64,000 bases of DNA, taken from the NCBI GenBank assembly GCA_002269645.1, contig NIVC01001459.1:124001-188000 (forward strand), given 5' to 3'. Shown piece by piece: positions 63,378-64,000 of this stretch; position 1 is the stretch's first letter; every line of letters begins with the position of its first letter. Made by a program: the position numbers and the translations under genes. The stretch comes from Macrostomum lignano (taxonomy: Eukaryota). Below the pieces are notes generated by a model, which was not told where the DNA came from, searched no databases, and was given only the letters and a program-made list of their open reading frames with translations.

Positions 63378-63924
63378 GCCTAATTACGAGGTTGAGCCGT
63401 CGGACAATGCCGATGATGACAACTCGGACAACTCCATGGCAACCCTGACAGCGGCAGTTGCAGCAGATGCCGCAGGCGGTTCGAATCCGCCTCTGGCAGC
63501 TCCGGAGTGCTCATCCAGCCTGTCCAGCTGCTGCGGCAGCGCCAGCCGCTACTGCCCGATGTCGCCCCTGCTGGTCGACAGCGCTGGCGGCGGGGGCGGC
63601 GGCGGGGGCGGTAGTCGATGGAGCGACGCCTCCTACTCGCATAGTCGTCAAGCAGCTCCTCTACTTCCTCAGATGTTGAACGGCGACCAGCAGGCCGAGT
63701 CCTGGTGGCCTTGGATTCGACAGCAGCAGCAGCAACGGCAGGAGCTTCAATTTGAAGGCAGCGGCATTGCTGCTGATAATCAGGAGACTTTGAGCGGCAC
63801 CGATGGTGGAATGCGCTGTCCCGTTTGCGGCCTACTTGTAGCTGTCGGCGTCGGCGGCGACTCCGGGGTCAGTCGGTTCAATCGACACGTCGATTCGCAT
63901 TTTGGCGGTGAAGGAGTCTGCTGA
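63378..63924 (+). CDS. Coiled-coil/UBZ adaptor, exon 3 (spliced product 405 aa) with C-terminal CPxC...HVDSHF zinc finger
   Basis: Acceptor CACAG|G completes Arg in phase; C-terminal CPVC...FNRHVDSHF resembles UBZ1-type fingers. Confidence 0.8.
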
Positions 63925-64000
63925 TCTCAAACTCGCTTTGTTTGGGTGGAGCGGATTTGAGATTATGTTGGGATTTGAAACTGGCTTCTCCATTTATGGA

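Overview
Repeat-rich eukaryotic (animal) DNA. The intron structure, codon style and tandem-repeat load resemble a flatworm such as Macrostomum, but that is inference only. Four host genes, all on the + strand: an intronless class A peptide-type GPCR (17218-18504), a probable TEDC2-like ORF with no in-frame ATG of its own (52338-53933), BPNT1 (2 exons, 56370-57835) and a 3-exon coiled-coil/UBZ zinc-finger adaptor (60509-63924). The rest is mini/microsatellites and transposon material: a 5'-truncated RNase H LINE with a 15-bp TSD inside a satellite, an IS630/Tc1 relic carrying a MITE, a mariner relic, an ISXO2/Merlin relic, nested TIR elements with 8-bp TSDs, and a CORE-SINE. The most striking structure is a ~16-kb block (27504-43389) of four head-to-tail, non-coding, hairpin-ended elements. 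They have Helentron-like asymmetric inverted repeats, are all bounded by ACTAGT, and occupy two reconstructed TACTAGTA sites 40 bp apart. All calls were made by eye with no database searches; boundaries of degenerate repeats are approximate.
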